This document shows, one piece after another, positions 30,368 through 38,546 of a stretch of DNA of 64,000 nt; position 1 is the stretch's first letter; every line of letters starts with the position of its first letter. The stretch is from contig JAZLDD010000072.1 of the NCBI GenBank assembly GCA_045614585.1, positions 6,761-70,760 on the forward strand. Direction: 5' to 3'. The position numbers and the translations under genes were made by a program. The notes below the pieces were generated by a model. That model was given only the letters and a program-made list of their open reading frames with translations, made no database searches and was not told where the DNA came from. This DNA is from Akkermansia sp. GTDB taxonomy: Bacteria; Verrucomicrobiota; Verrucomicrobiia; Verrucomicrobiales; Akkermansiaceae.

Positions 30368-30643
30368 ATGGCTGCGTATAGACGAAAGGATGGGAAGCCG
30401 CTGGCGGCGGATGAGACTGTGGTGCTGGTGGAGCTGAAGGGCTTTGAGTATTGCAAGCTGCCGACGCTGGCGCGGACGCTGGATATCAGCGTGAGCCAGT
30501 TTAAGGAGGTGATTGCGGATTTCTGCGAGACGCACGAGATTCGGATTCTGGAGCTGGGGCCGCGGATGCAGCTGGTGAATGTGCATGATTTCCGCCGGGC
30601 TCTGGTGGACCGGGTGCATGTGCGCAGTGGTTTCGTGAAGTGA
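30368..30643 (+). CDS. Excisionase-like HTH protein
   Basis: YCKLPTLARTLDISVSQFKEVI..IRILELGPRMQLVNV. Confidence 0.55.
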   Translation: MAAYRRKDGKPLAADETVVLVELKGFEYCKLPTLARTLDISVSQFKEVIADFCETHEIRILELGPRMQLVNVHDFRRALVDRVHVRSGFVK

Positions 30644-30876
30644 GATGTGATTGGATGTTGATGGTTATGGGTAGGGCTTTTTTGTGTCTGGGCGTGTCGG
30701 TAGCGTGTTTCTGGCTGCCGGGTTATGTGGAGGATCATGGGGTGGTCGGGACTAAAGTCCCGTGCTCCGATGAGATGGAGTATGTGCAGCCCGAGGATGA
30801 GTGGAGTTCTGGAGCGAATCCGGATTGCCCGAGTCACTGGGAGGCGTGGAATTCGCTGCCGCCAACAACGAATTGA
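30640..30876 (+). CDS. Small membrane-anchored phage protein
   Basis: Hydrophobic N-terminus; overlaps upstream stop (GTGA). Confidence 0.5.
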   Translation: MRCDWMLMVMGRAFLCLGVSVACFWLPGYVEDHGVVGTKVPCSDEMEYVQPEDEWSSGANPDCPSHWEAWNSLPPTTN

Positions 30877-30895
30877 CGATTGACTATTTGATTTT

Positions 30896-31288
30896 ATGTT
30901 ACGCTACTTCTATAATAATGGTAAGGTAAACTATGTTGATGATAGCAACAGGTTTGCCGGGTTTGATATGTCGCAGCATTGCTGCGAGTCATTCGGGCAT
31001 GGTGTTTATGGTTTGGATGGCCGGAAGATTTCACCCAACGTTGATAATGAATGGCTGAGTTTATCTTTTGCCGGCTGTCCTCCTATTGAGGATGATGGTG
31101 CAGAGCTGGCCAGGCTGTCGGGTGACGATGATTTGCGCTGCGCGGATTTCGGCGGGATGGTGCGTTTTAAGCTGGTGGATGTCTGCGGCGTGCATAAGGC
31201 ATGGCTGGCGTTTTATAACGAGCATAATGGGTATTATTCGCACATGGGCGAGTATAATATGAACCCTGCAACGGAGTTTTGTCTTTGA
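30896..31288 (+). CDS. Hypothetical phage protein
   Basis: QHCCESFG and YNEHNGYYSH motifs reminiscent of a small conserved phage protein family. Confidence 0.65.
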   Translation: MLRYFYNNGKVNYVDDSNRFAGFDMSQHCCESFGHGVYGLDGRKISPNVDNEWLSLSFAGCPPIEDDGAELARLSGDDDLRCADFGGMVRFKLVDVCGVHKAWLAFYNEHNGYYSHMGEYNMNPATEFCL

Positions 31289-31295
31289 GCGGATT

Positions 31296-31616
31296 ATGGC
31301 CAGGAAGAAGATGAGTAGGGCTGAGCGGAGGCTGCTGAAGCGGACTGGGTTTGGCCGCGAGTTTAAAGATATGGGGGCTCTTGTATGCGCGCTGGAGGAA
31401 GCGAAGCTGGCTCCGCGCCCAGAGGGGTATGCGCTGCAGGCTGATTCCAGCTGGGGGCAGCGGACGCGCCGCCGGGTGCGCCGGGAGCGGCGTGAGCGTA
31501 GGTTGGCGGTTCTTAGGTATTTTCTGCTGATGGTGTTGGTGTATGGTGGCTCGCTGGTGGTGGTTGTGCTGCTGGTGGCCGGTCTGTGGGATTTGGTTCT
31601 GCGTCTGATTGGTTAG
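31296..31616 (+). CDS. Basic protein with C-terminal TM
   Basis: ORF in operon with phage codon usage. Confidence 0.55.
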   Translation: MARKKMSRAERRLLKRTGFGREFKDMGALVCALEEAKLAPRPEGYALQADSSWGQRTRRRVRRERRERRLAVLRYFLLMVLVYGGSLVVVVLLVAGLWDLVLRLIG

Positions 31617-31620
31617 GATT

Positions 31621-31842
31621 ATGAGCAGCGTGGTTATTGCTAGCGAGGTCAAGCGCCGACACGAGGTGTTTGGTATTCCGTATTCGGCGACTGGGCGTGT
31701 GGTGGCTGAGTTGGAGTTACGCTGGGCTTGGGTGAATGATGTTTTCCAGGCTGTGATCGTCCACGAATGGGTGCAGTATCCGAATTGTACGCTTGCGACT
31801 GCGGAGGAGATTCGGAGTCTTTTGGATGAGCGGGAGGTGTAG
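31621..31842 (+). CDS. Hypothetical phage protein
   Basis: ORF in operon with phage codon usage. Confidence 0.55.
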   Translation: MSSVVIASEVKRRHEVFGIPYSATGRVVAELELRWAWVNDVFQAVIVHEWVQYPNCTLATAEEIRSLLDEREV

Positions 31843-31844
31843 GT

Positions 31845-32363
31845 ATGAGTGGTAAGGTTTCTGCGCTGGTTGGTTTTAACCGTAAGGAGGCTTCGGTGCT
31901 GCGCTCGGTGCCTAAGGGGTGGGTTTCGTCTCGCTATGTGGCTATGCGGACCGGTCTTTCGGTGCGGACTGCGCGGGCGCAGTTGCATAGGTCGGGTGTG
32001 AGCTCGGTGCTGGTTCGGGTGCCGCCGGCATGCGCGGGGCGATATTGGGAGCCGGAGGGTGTTCAGAGTTTTCTATCAGCTCGACCGAATATCATTACCG
32101 ATTTGCCGGCAGGGATGTGCTGCTCTTACGAGGCTGCTGCACTGCTGCTGGTGAGCCGGTCGACATTATGCCGGTATGAGGCCAATGACGAGCTGGAGGG
32201 CCGTTTTATGCGAGTTAGAACCAGTTCAGGTGTGCGTATGCTTAAGCTCTTCCTCCGGACGCAGGTTCAAGAGCTTGCGGAAAGGCGCAAGAATACTGCC
32301 CGCAAGCGCATGCGGTCCATTGCCATGAAGAATATGAGGCGTGTGTTCGTTCCGCTGGAGTGA
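31845..32363 (+). CDS. Tandem HTH DNA-binding protein
   Basis: WVSSRYVAMRTGLSVRTAR and CSYEAAALLLVSRSTLCRY helices. Confidence 0.65.
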   Translation: MSGKVSALVGFNRKEASVLRSVPKGWVSSRYVAMRTGLSVRTARAQLHRSGVSSVLVRVPPACAGRYWEPEGVQSFLSARPNIITDLPAGMCCSYEAAALLLVSRSTLCRYEANDELEGRFMRVRTSSGVRMLKLFLRTQVQELAERRKNTARKRMRSIAMKNMRRVFVPLE

Positions 32364-32472
32364 GTTGGTTTTACATAGGTTCTGTTCAAGCGTTTTTATA
32401 GGGTTAGTTTGTGCGCTTGTAGAGAGCTGCCTGCGCGCCGCCGGGGGCGCGATAGAATAAGTACCCGGTTAT

Positions 32473-32554
32473 CTCCTGGTCGAATTGAGGTGATTCCAAG
32501 TAGCTGCCAAATGGGGGCGGTGAAATGATATGGGGTCGACTCCCATCCAGGGGC
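32473..32554 (+). ncRNA. Degenerate tRNA-like cloverleaf 1
   Basis: Acceptor CTCCTGG/CCAGGGG, D arm GAAT/ATTC, stem GCTGCC/GGCGGT with 7-nt loop AAATGGG, T arm ATGGG-GTCGACT-CCCAT. Confidence 0.4.
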
Positions 32555-32654
32555 GGGGCTAACGCTGTGATAGCGTGGGCTGCTGAATTATCCATATATA
32601 TAGTAGTTGGAAGCCTGGGGGGAGACACGGGCTTTAAATGTGTCTCTAAAATCT

Positions 32655-32729
32655 ACCGCGTGGAGGCACCAGGTCTGGGCATTTTTCCTGGTGCGTGGCC
32701 AGTGTGGGGTTCGATTCCCCACGGCGGTT
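32655..32729 (+). ncRNA. Degenerate tRNA-like element 2
   Basis: ACCGC/GCGGT closing stem, GCACCAGG/CCTGGTGC hairpin, canonical T arm GTGGGG-TTCGATT-CCCCAC. Confidence 0.45.
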
Positions 32730-32830
32730 TCGCCTGGAGAGCCGTGGGCTACGGTGCGGTTTTCCGGGGTTCCTGCGTAATAACACCTGCGCCAGCCAGG
32801 CCGTATGCAAGCTGGCAACTTTACACTGTT

Positions 32831-33193
32831 ATGTTTAACGAAAACGAAAATGAGAAGTCGGCGCAGCAGGGTTCCTGCTGTGGGAAGTTGAAGTTCAGCA
32901 TGGTTCGCGACATGCTGGTGAAGAGAGAAATCGAGATGGATGAGCCGGGTGTGCTGGCTGTTGTGGATATGGAGGGTGTGCATACTCAGATGGAGTTTGA
33001 TGGTCTGAATGTGCTTTCTCGCAAGAGAAGTGTGCTCAGCATGCTGAACGGGGCTTTTGCTCAGTTGGCAAAGGATGGGATGGAGTATAACCCGAAGGCT
33101 CTTGCTGTGCTGGGTGAATGGTGGGGGCGCTCAATCAAGGATTCTGAAAAGAGCGAGTTTCTTAAGGGGCTGATGGATGTTCTGAGCAAGTAA
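32831..33193 (+). CDS. Hypothetical phage protein
   Basis: Phage codon usage from ATG 32831 onward. Confidence 0.65.
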   Translation: MFNENENEKSAQQGSCCGKLKFSMVRDMLVKREIEMDEPGVLAVVDMEGVHTQMEFDGLNVLSRKRSVLSMLNGAFAQLAKDGMEYNPKALAVLGEWWGRSIKDSEKSEFLKGLMDVLSK

Positions 33194-33211
33194 GGAAGGA
33201 GGATTTTTACC

Positions 33212-34129
33212 ATGAGTAATGAGATTACGATTCGTCCTGGTAATGGTGTTCTGACGGCTTTTCAGAATTTGCCGCAGTTGCTGGAGGTGGCTGATAAGCT
33301 GGCGAGCAGCACGATTGTGCCGCAGGCGTACCAGAAGCAGCCTGGTAATGTGCTGATTGCGCTGAATACGGCGCAGCGCCTGCAGGTGGACCCGCTGATG
33401 GTGATGCAGAATCTGTATGTGGTTTATGGGAATCCGAGCTGGAGTGGTCAGTTTGCGCTGGCGCTGCTGCGGAACAGTAGCCGCTACTCCAGGCTGGAGT
33501 ATGTGAACCTGAATGGGACAGATTGGCGCGGTGGTTTGAAGATGCGCGGCCATAAGTGGGATGGCACTGTGGAGGAGGGTCCGGAGATTACGCCGGAACT
33601 GGTTTCTAAGGCTGGCTGGGATAAGAAGAACGGGAATAAGTGGAACGAGATGCCTGAGCAGATGTTCCGCTACCGCGCGGCGAGCTGGTTTGCGAAGTCT
33701 TGCTGCCCGGAGGTTCTGCTGGGTCTGCCTACGGTGGACGAGGTGCGCGATGAGGGCCCGCGTGAGATGCGTGAGACCAGGGCTTCTGTGGTGGAGGATG
33801 CGGCACCGGCCGCTGCTGCTACGGGGCTGGGTGTGGCTGCGAAGGCTCGCAAGGCGGACGATGGTTTCAGGCTGGAGTCTGAGGAGGCGGCTGTGGTGGA
33901 TAGCCCGATTGCGCTGCCCCAGATGAATGCGGCGGATAAGGTGAAGGCTGCTTTGCGCGAGGCTAAGGTGAAGTGGGAGGTGTTTGCAAAGTGGCTGGCT
34001 GGCCGCTCTGTGACGGTGCCGCCGGCTTCGGATAGGGAGCAGCTGGTGCGGTTGTGTGAGTGGCTGCTGGGCGGTGAGCATGATTTGCTGGAGGCTGCTG
34101 CCGCTGAGTTGAACATTAACTGGAAGTGA
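33212..34129 (+). CDS. RecT-like single-strand annealing protein
   Basis: LASSTIVPQAY..PGNVLIA..DPLMVMQN; W..MPEQMFRYRAASWF..CPEVLLGL; GGAGG RBS. Confidence 0.82.
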   Translation: MSNEITIRPGNGVLTAFQNLPQLLEVADKLASSTIVPQAYQKQPGNVLIALNTAQRLQVDPLMVMQNLYVVYGNPSWSGQFALALLRNSSRYSRLEYVNLNGTDWRGGLKMRGHKWDGTVEEGPEITPELVSKAGWDKKNGNKWNEMPEQMFRYRAASWFAKSCCPEVLLGLPTVDEVRDEGPREMRETRASVVEDAAPAAAATGLGVAAKARKADDGFRLESEEAAVVDSPIALPQMNAADKVKAALREAKVKWEVFAKWLAGRSVTVPPASDREQLVRLCEWLLGGEHDLLEAAAAELNINWK

Positions 34130-34159
34130 ATGTTTATTGACGATTGACTATTGACGATT

Positions 34160-35119
34160 ATGGATGCGAGTGATTTTGAACGGCTGACGCTGGAGCGCGT
34201 GAAGGAGCTGCTGGATAAGCAGGGAAGCGCGATTGGGCTGGTGGATCCTGATGAGTACCACTCCTGGAAGAAGGAGCTGCCGAACTGCGTGAGCAAGAGT
34301 AGCCTGGTGGAGTTCATGGAGAATCCGCTGCGTTTCAAGATGAATCTGGATGCCGGTATTGAGAAGAAGAGTGCCGGGTTTAAGCTGGGTTCTGCTGTGG
34401 ATGCTGCGGTGCTGACTCCGGATGTGTTTGCCAGGAAGTATTTTTACGAGCCTAAGGAGGTGCAGATTTGCGCGAACGGCAAGCCGCACGCGGGTGGCCA
34501 CCAGAGCAAGGAGCAGAAGGCGCGCTGGGATGAGCGTGCTGCCAGGGGTGATGTGTTCCTGGAGCTGGAGGAGTTGAAGCTGGTGAACGATATGGCGAAT
34601 TCCATGACGGAACACTTGCAGAAGCTGGGGCTGAAGGTTGGCGAGTCCTGCCTGACCCAGGTTGCTATGTTCGTGCGTGTGGAGGCGGTGAACGGCGTGA
34701 TGCTGCCGGTGCCGCTGACGGTGTGCGGATGCCTGGATATTCTGCCGCTGGAGGATCCGGTGCTGATGGATGCGAAGACTACGAGCCGCGGTGTTACTGA
34801 GGCTGGAATCAATGCTGCGATGGCGGATTACAGCTACGGGGTGCAGGCTGCGATGTACGCGGATTTGTTCCAGGTTTGCACCGGGGAGCCGGAGGCGCGG
34901 CGGTTTGTGTTCCTTTTTGCGGAGACTATTTTCCCGCACCAGACGCGCCTGGCGTGGGTGCCGGCAACGCTGATGATTGCGTACCGCACGCATTACCAGG
35001 TTGGGCTGGAGCAGTATTCCCGCTGCGTTGCTACGGGCGAGTGGGGCGGGCTGCAGCTGCCTGATATGGATTTTAATCCGCCGCGTTGGGAATTGAATAA
35101 GCTTAATGTTCATTTTTAA
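34160..35119 (+). CDS. PD-(D/E)XK exonuclease (exonuclease VIII/RecE-like)
   Basis: EYH..VSKSSL, GSAVD, GCLDI..DAKTT, YGVQAAMY; adjacent to RecT. Confidence 0.8.
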   Translation: MDASDFERLTLERVKELLDKQGSAIGLVDPDEYHSWKKELPNCVSKSSLVEFMENPLRFKMNLDAGIEKKSAGFKLGSAVDAAVLTPDVFARKYFYEPKEVQICANGKPHAGGHQSKEQKARWDERAARGDVFLELEELKLVNDMANSMTEHLQKLGLKVGESCLTQVAMFVRVEAVNGVMLPVPLTVCGCLDILPLEDPVLMDAKTTSRGVTEAGINAAMADYSYGVQAAMYADLFQVCTGEPEARRFVFLFAETIFPHQTRLAWVPATLMIAYRTHYQVGLEQYSRCVATGEWGGLQLPDMDFNPPRWELNKLNVHF

Positions 35120-35141
35120 CTTTTAATTTATTGATTTTTGT

Positions 35142-35927
35142 ATGTATAGGAATTCAAATTTGGGTCAGGCTGTTTATCAGATTCTGAAGGGTTGCCAGAA
35201 TGAGGGTATTTCTTTTGCGGGGCTGGTTCGCCAGCTCCGCAAGAGGGGGTATGAGGAGATTTCTCGTGAGGCGGTGCAGGAGCAGCTGCGCCGGCTGGCT
35301 GATGAGGGGAAGTTACGCGTGCTTCCTGGCGGGTGGCTGAGTGTGTGGCCTGACCGGGTTGTGTGTGCTTCAGATGTGAGGTATGCTGTGCATGGCGGAT
35401 GCCGGCACCGGGATTATTATTACCCGGAGGAGAAGATGCTGGGGTATTTTGCCGATTGGTGGGATGCCTGGCTGGTTGCGTGCGCGGATTTTCTGGGTGA
35501 CCGGGTGCGCGGGCGCGCTGTGTATCGCCTGGAGTCTGGTATGTGGGAGCTGGATAGTGTGTGTGGTTCGCTTAATTGCGTGGAGCTGCAGATGCCGGAG
35601 CCTGAGCCTAAGCCGGTGCGCCGGGTGGAGCGTCATGTGCCTACGGATGGGGATTATATTGAGGCGGAGCTGGATGCGGTGAAGAACGCGCTGGCCAGTT
35701 CTATGCATGAGCAGGTGTACCGCCGGTTGCGCGAGGATGCCGAGAATGGGAAGATTGCTTTGTCGTTTGCCGTTGAGGTGAATCTGGATGCCCAGACTGT
35801 TTCGGCGAAGATGAGCGGGAGCATAAAGCTGGTGGCTAAGGGCAGCACGCATATTGCTGACCCTGGGCAGCTGGAGCTGGATTTCAGCGGGGATGTGGAT
35901 GATGAATATGAGGAGGATGAGGAATGA
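35142..35927 (+). CDS. N-terminal wHTH protein with acidic tail and QLELDF motif
   Basis: ISFAGLVRQLRKRG..REAVQEQLRRLADEGKL. Confidence 0.6.
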   Translation: MYRNSNLGQAVYQILKGCQNEGISFAGLVRQLRKRGYEEISREAVQEQLRRLADEGKLRVLPGGWLSVWPDRVVCASDVRYAVHGGCRHRDYYYPEEKMLGYFADWWDAWLVACADFLGDRVRGRAVYRLESGMWELDSVCGSLNCVELQMPEPEPKPVRRVERHVPTDGDYIEAELDAVKNALASSMHEQVYRRLREDAENGKIALSFAVEVNLDAQTVSAKMSGSIKLVAKGSTHIADPGQLELDFSGDVDDEYEEDEE

Positions 35928-36262
35928 AGGAGGAGATCAGATTCCAGCTGTGCGGGCGCGTGACGCAGGTAAAGCCGGTGAAGGGCGTGAATGGCCGCTT
36001 GTTTACCAGGGTGTATTTGCAGTGCGGCGGTGCTGGCCGTGAGGTTGCTTCTGTGGCTGCTGTTGAGTTTCATGGTGAGACTGAGCAGCAGGAGCTGAAG
36101 CAGGTGCGCGTGAATGACCGGGTGCTGGTTATGGGGCGCATGAGCGGCCGCATGGGAGAGAAGTGTGTTTTCCATACGATGTATGGGGATGTGCTGGCGA
36201 TGGTTCCTGCCGGAGGGGCGGGTGCTGAGGATGATGGTTCTTTTTTCGGGAGTCTGGCATGA
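35924..36262 (+). CDS. Single-stranded DNA-binding protein (OB fold)
   Basis: LCGRV, VEFHGE, VRVNDRVLVMGRM, acidic/aromatic tail EDDGSFF. Confidence 0.65.
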   Translation: MKEEIRFQLCGRVTQVKPVKGVNGRLFTRVYLQCGGAGREVASVAAVEFHGETEQQELKQVRVNDRVLVMGRMSGRMGEKCVFHTMYGDVLAMVPAGGAGAEDDGSFFGSLA

Positions 36263-36558
36263 ATGACGGTGAACCGATGAATGAGCTGCTGGCGTGCAGC
36301 CGGCTTTTCGTGGAGATTCAGTCGATGGAGCCGATGCTTCGCGGTGGGCTGCGTATGACCATCACGAGGAGTGGTGACCATGTTGTGAGCTGCCGGGTGT
36401 ATGCCTGCGGGGATTCCAAGGCGCTGCACCAGTATAAGGTGCGCGCTAAGGATGTGACCACGGAGGATGAGCTGTATGCTGAGGTGAATAACCTGTGGCG
36501 GCAGCTTGTGGCGATGAATCTGACGAGAGTGGAGAAGAAAGACGATGGCAAGGACTGA
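36259..36558 (+). CDS. Hypothetical phage protein
   Basis: ATGA overlap with upstream gene. Confidence 0.6.
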   Translation: MNDGEPMNELLACSRLFVEIQSMEPMLRGGLRMTITRSGDHVVSCRVYACGDSKALHQYKVRAKDVTTEDELYAEVNNLWRQLVAMNLTRVEKKDDGKD

Positions 36559-36766
36559 GCCAGTGCGTTACCGAGCAAGGGATCAGGTGATGCACCTGGG
36601 TGAGCCGTATGATGGTATGGTGACCCGGGTGCATGACCGGTGCCTGGAGTTGCTGGTGGCGGCTCGCCGGGGGAATCGGCATGCTACGGTGGATGCAGCG
36701 GAGCGGCTGATTGCCCAGGCGAGGGCTCTGGTGGAGCTGCTGGGTAACAGGGTTAAACGTAATTGA
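36545..36766 (+). CDS. Hypothetical phage protein
   Basis: Overlapping ORF in operon. Confidence 0.55.
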   Translation: MARTEPVRYRARDQVMHLGEPYDGMVTRVHDRCLELLVAARRGNRHATVDAAERLIAQARALVELLGNRVKRN

Positions 36767-36787
36767 TTCTAACTGAGATTTTATTTT

Positions 36788-37231
36788 ATGACTGAAGTTA
36801 AGGTGAGGTTGGAGAAGCCGGCTGCGGCGCTTTCTCCGAATAGTGTGTGCGGGTCTACTCCCAGTGGGGTGTGGACGAATCATTTGATTCATATCGGCGC
36901 GAAGAAGCGGGCGCGTAAGAAGGCTGTTAAGGCAGCGCAGGAGGTGCTGCGCGGTGGTGCGCCGGATAGTGCGGATTTTCGCCCGGTGGAGTATGTGCTG
37001 GTGTGGTATTACCACGGGACTAAGCGCGATGCTGACAACTGCCTGGCGAGTTGCAAGGCCTATCTGGACGGCTGTGCGGAGGTGTTCAAGGTGAATGACC
37101 GTGACCTGGAGTGTGCCGGCATCCGCCGTGTGCGGGATAAGGCGCTGCGCGGGTTTATTGAACTGCGTTTCCGGGATGTGCTGACTCAGCGGGACTGGGA
37201 GGCGGAGGGCGGTTTTTGTCTGGAGCAATAA
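36788..37231 (+). CDS. RusA-like Holliday junction resolvase
   Basis: LSPN; RDADNCLASCKAYLDG; VND. Confidence 0.8.
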   Translation: MTEVKVRLEKPAAALSPNSVCGSTPSGVWTNHLIHIGAKKRARKKAVKAAQEVLRGGAPDSADFRPVEYVLVWYYHGTKRDADNCLASCKAYLDGCAEVFKVNDRDLECAGIRRVRDKALRGFIELRFRDVLTQRDWEAEGGFCLEQ

Positions 37232-37246
37232 GGAGGGAGGAGGATA

Positions 37247-37690
37247 ATGGCTGATATTGTTTTAGCGTTGCGACCTAAATGGCTGGAGCTGATTCTTGAC
37301 GGCAAGAAGACAGCAGAATTTCGCCGTGTGATGCCGAATGACTTGGTTCCTGGTGATAAGGTATACTTGTACCAGGGAGGTGCTTTGCATGGAGTGGCGG
37401 TTGTGATAGAAACTGATTATGCGTATCATCCTCGCCACGAGGATCACGAAGAGGATTGCGCATGCCTGGCTTTATCGTACGAGAAGACCGGATGTATTGA
37501 TTGGCGTGCAGCTTATGGTTATTTATGCGGCGGCAAGCGTCCTGGAGTTATTAGGTTGGACCAGGTTCAACGGTTTGCTGCTCCAGTGCAGTGGAGGGGA
37601 GCTGTGGTGCAGAACTTTGTATATTATGTCAGACAGGATATCGGGACTGAAGTCCCGTGCTCCGAAGATGGAAAGGAGAGGCTGGTATGA
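37247..37690 (+). CDS. ASCH/PUA domain protein
   Basis: LALRPKWLELILDGKKTAEFRR; GDKVYLY. Confidence 0.85.
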   Translation: MADIVLALRPKWLELILDGKKTAEFRRVMPNDLVPGDKVYLYQGGALHGVAVVIETDYAYHPRHEDHEEDCACLALSYEKTGCIDWRAAYGYLCGGKRPGVIRLDQVQRFAAPVQWRGAVVQNFVYYVRQDIGTEVPCSEDGKERLV

Positions 37691-37950
37691 ATAAACTGGA
37701 GGCGGAGGTTATCCGGGCGGTTGAATTGCTGCGGAATAAGCCGGGGCGCGGGGTAATTATCCTGGTAATGGAGCCGGATGGGATACATGACGATGGCGTG
37801 GTGTATTGTTTGCGCGGCGGCGTTGCAGGTGGAGCACCTTTGGTAAAGGAGCTGCTGATTATGTTTTGCAATTCCTTTAGTAAGCTGGTTAATGTTGTGC
37901 TGGGTACTGTTGGTTATACCAGGTTATTCCGTAATCGGAAACATGATTGA
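37687..37950 (+). CDS. Hypothetical phage protein
   Basis: ATGA overlap with the ASCH gene. Confidence 0.5.
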   Translation: MNKLEAEVIRAVELLRNKPGRGVIILVMEPDGIHDDGVVYCLRGGVAGGAPLVKELLIMFCNSFSKLVNVVLGTVGYTRLFRNRKHD

Positions 37951-37991
37951 GATGTGTGTGCTGGTTGGTTTGATTATATCGATTCTTTTTA

Positions 37992-38483
37992 ATGATGAGT
38001 GATTTTAATACAAGAAAGACGGAGCGAAGCACGACAACGTGGCTGACTCCGCCGTGGATGCTGGAGATGCTGGGGCCGTTTGATTTGGATCCGTGCGCTG
38101 CGGTGGGGCGGCCGTGGGATTGCGCGACCATCAATTACACGGTGGAGGATAATGGACTGGCCCTGCCTTGGGGTGACCGGGTATGGTGCAATCCACCTTA
38201 CGGGCGGGAGGCTGCTGCGTTCATGGAGCGCATGGCGGAGCATAATGGCCCAGGGTTGGCGCTTGTGTTCATGCGGCCTGATACGCGATGGTTCCAGGAT
38301 GCTGTGCTGAAAACGGCGCGGTATCTGTTCATGCTGCGCGGGCGTGTTCGATTCTGCCACCTGGATGGGTCGCCTGCAGCTGCTCCGAATGCGGCAAGCT
38401 GCCTTGTGGCGTGGGATAGAAGCGAGAGAAGATTGCTCCGGGAGTTGGAGAGTGGCGGCAAAGGGAAGCTGGCAATTTTGTGA
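37992..38483 (+). CDS. Phage DNA N6-adenine methyltransferase (Dam-type)
   Basis: WLTPP, FDLDPCA, VWCNPPY, DTRWFQ, RGRVRF. Confidence 0.88.
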   Translation: MMSDFNTRKTERSTTTWLTPPWMLEMLGPFDLDPCAAVGRPWDCATINYTVEDNGLALPWGDRVWCNPPYGREAAAFMERMAEHNGPGLALVFMRPDTRWFQDAVLKTARYLFMLRGRVRFCHLDGSPAAAPNAASCLVAWDRSERRLLRELESGGKGKLAIL

Positions 38484-38546
38484 TGTGCATCTTCGCGCTG
38501 CGTGTTGCTTTTGGGAAATTACAGGTTATATTAAGGTTGTATTGTT

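Noticed and set aside
32525-32830. N-terminal extension of the 222-aa ORF
   Set aside because: Runs through hairpin and tRNA-like sequence; codon style fits only from ATG 32831
37992-38483. Restriction-modification system
   Set aside because: Orphan phage methyltransferase with no adjacent endonuclease; common in temperate phages
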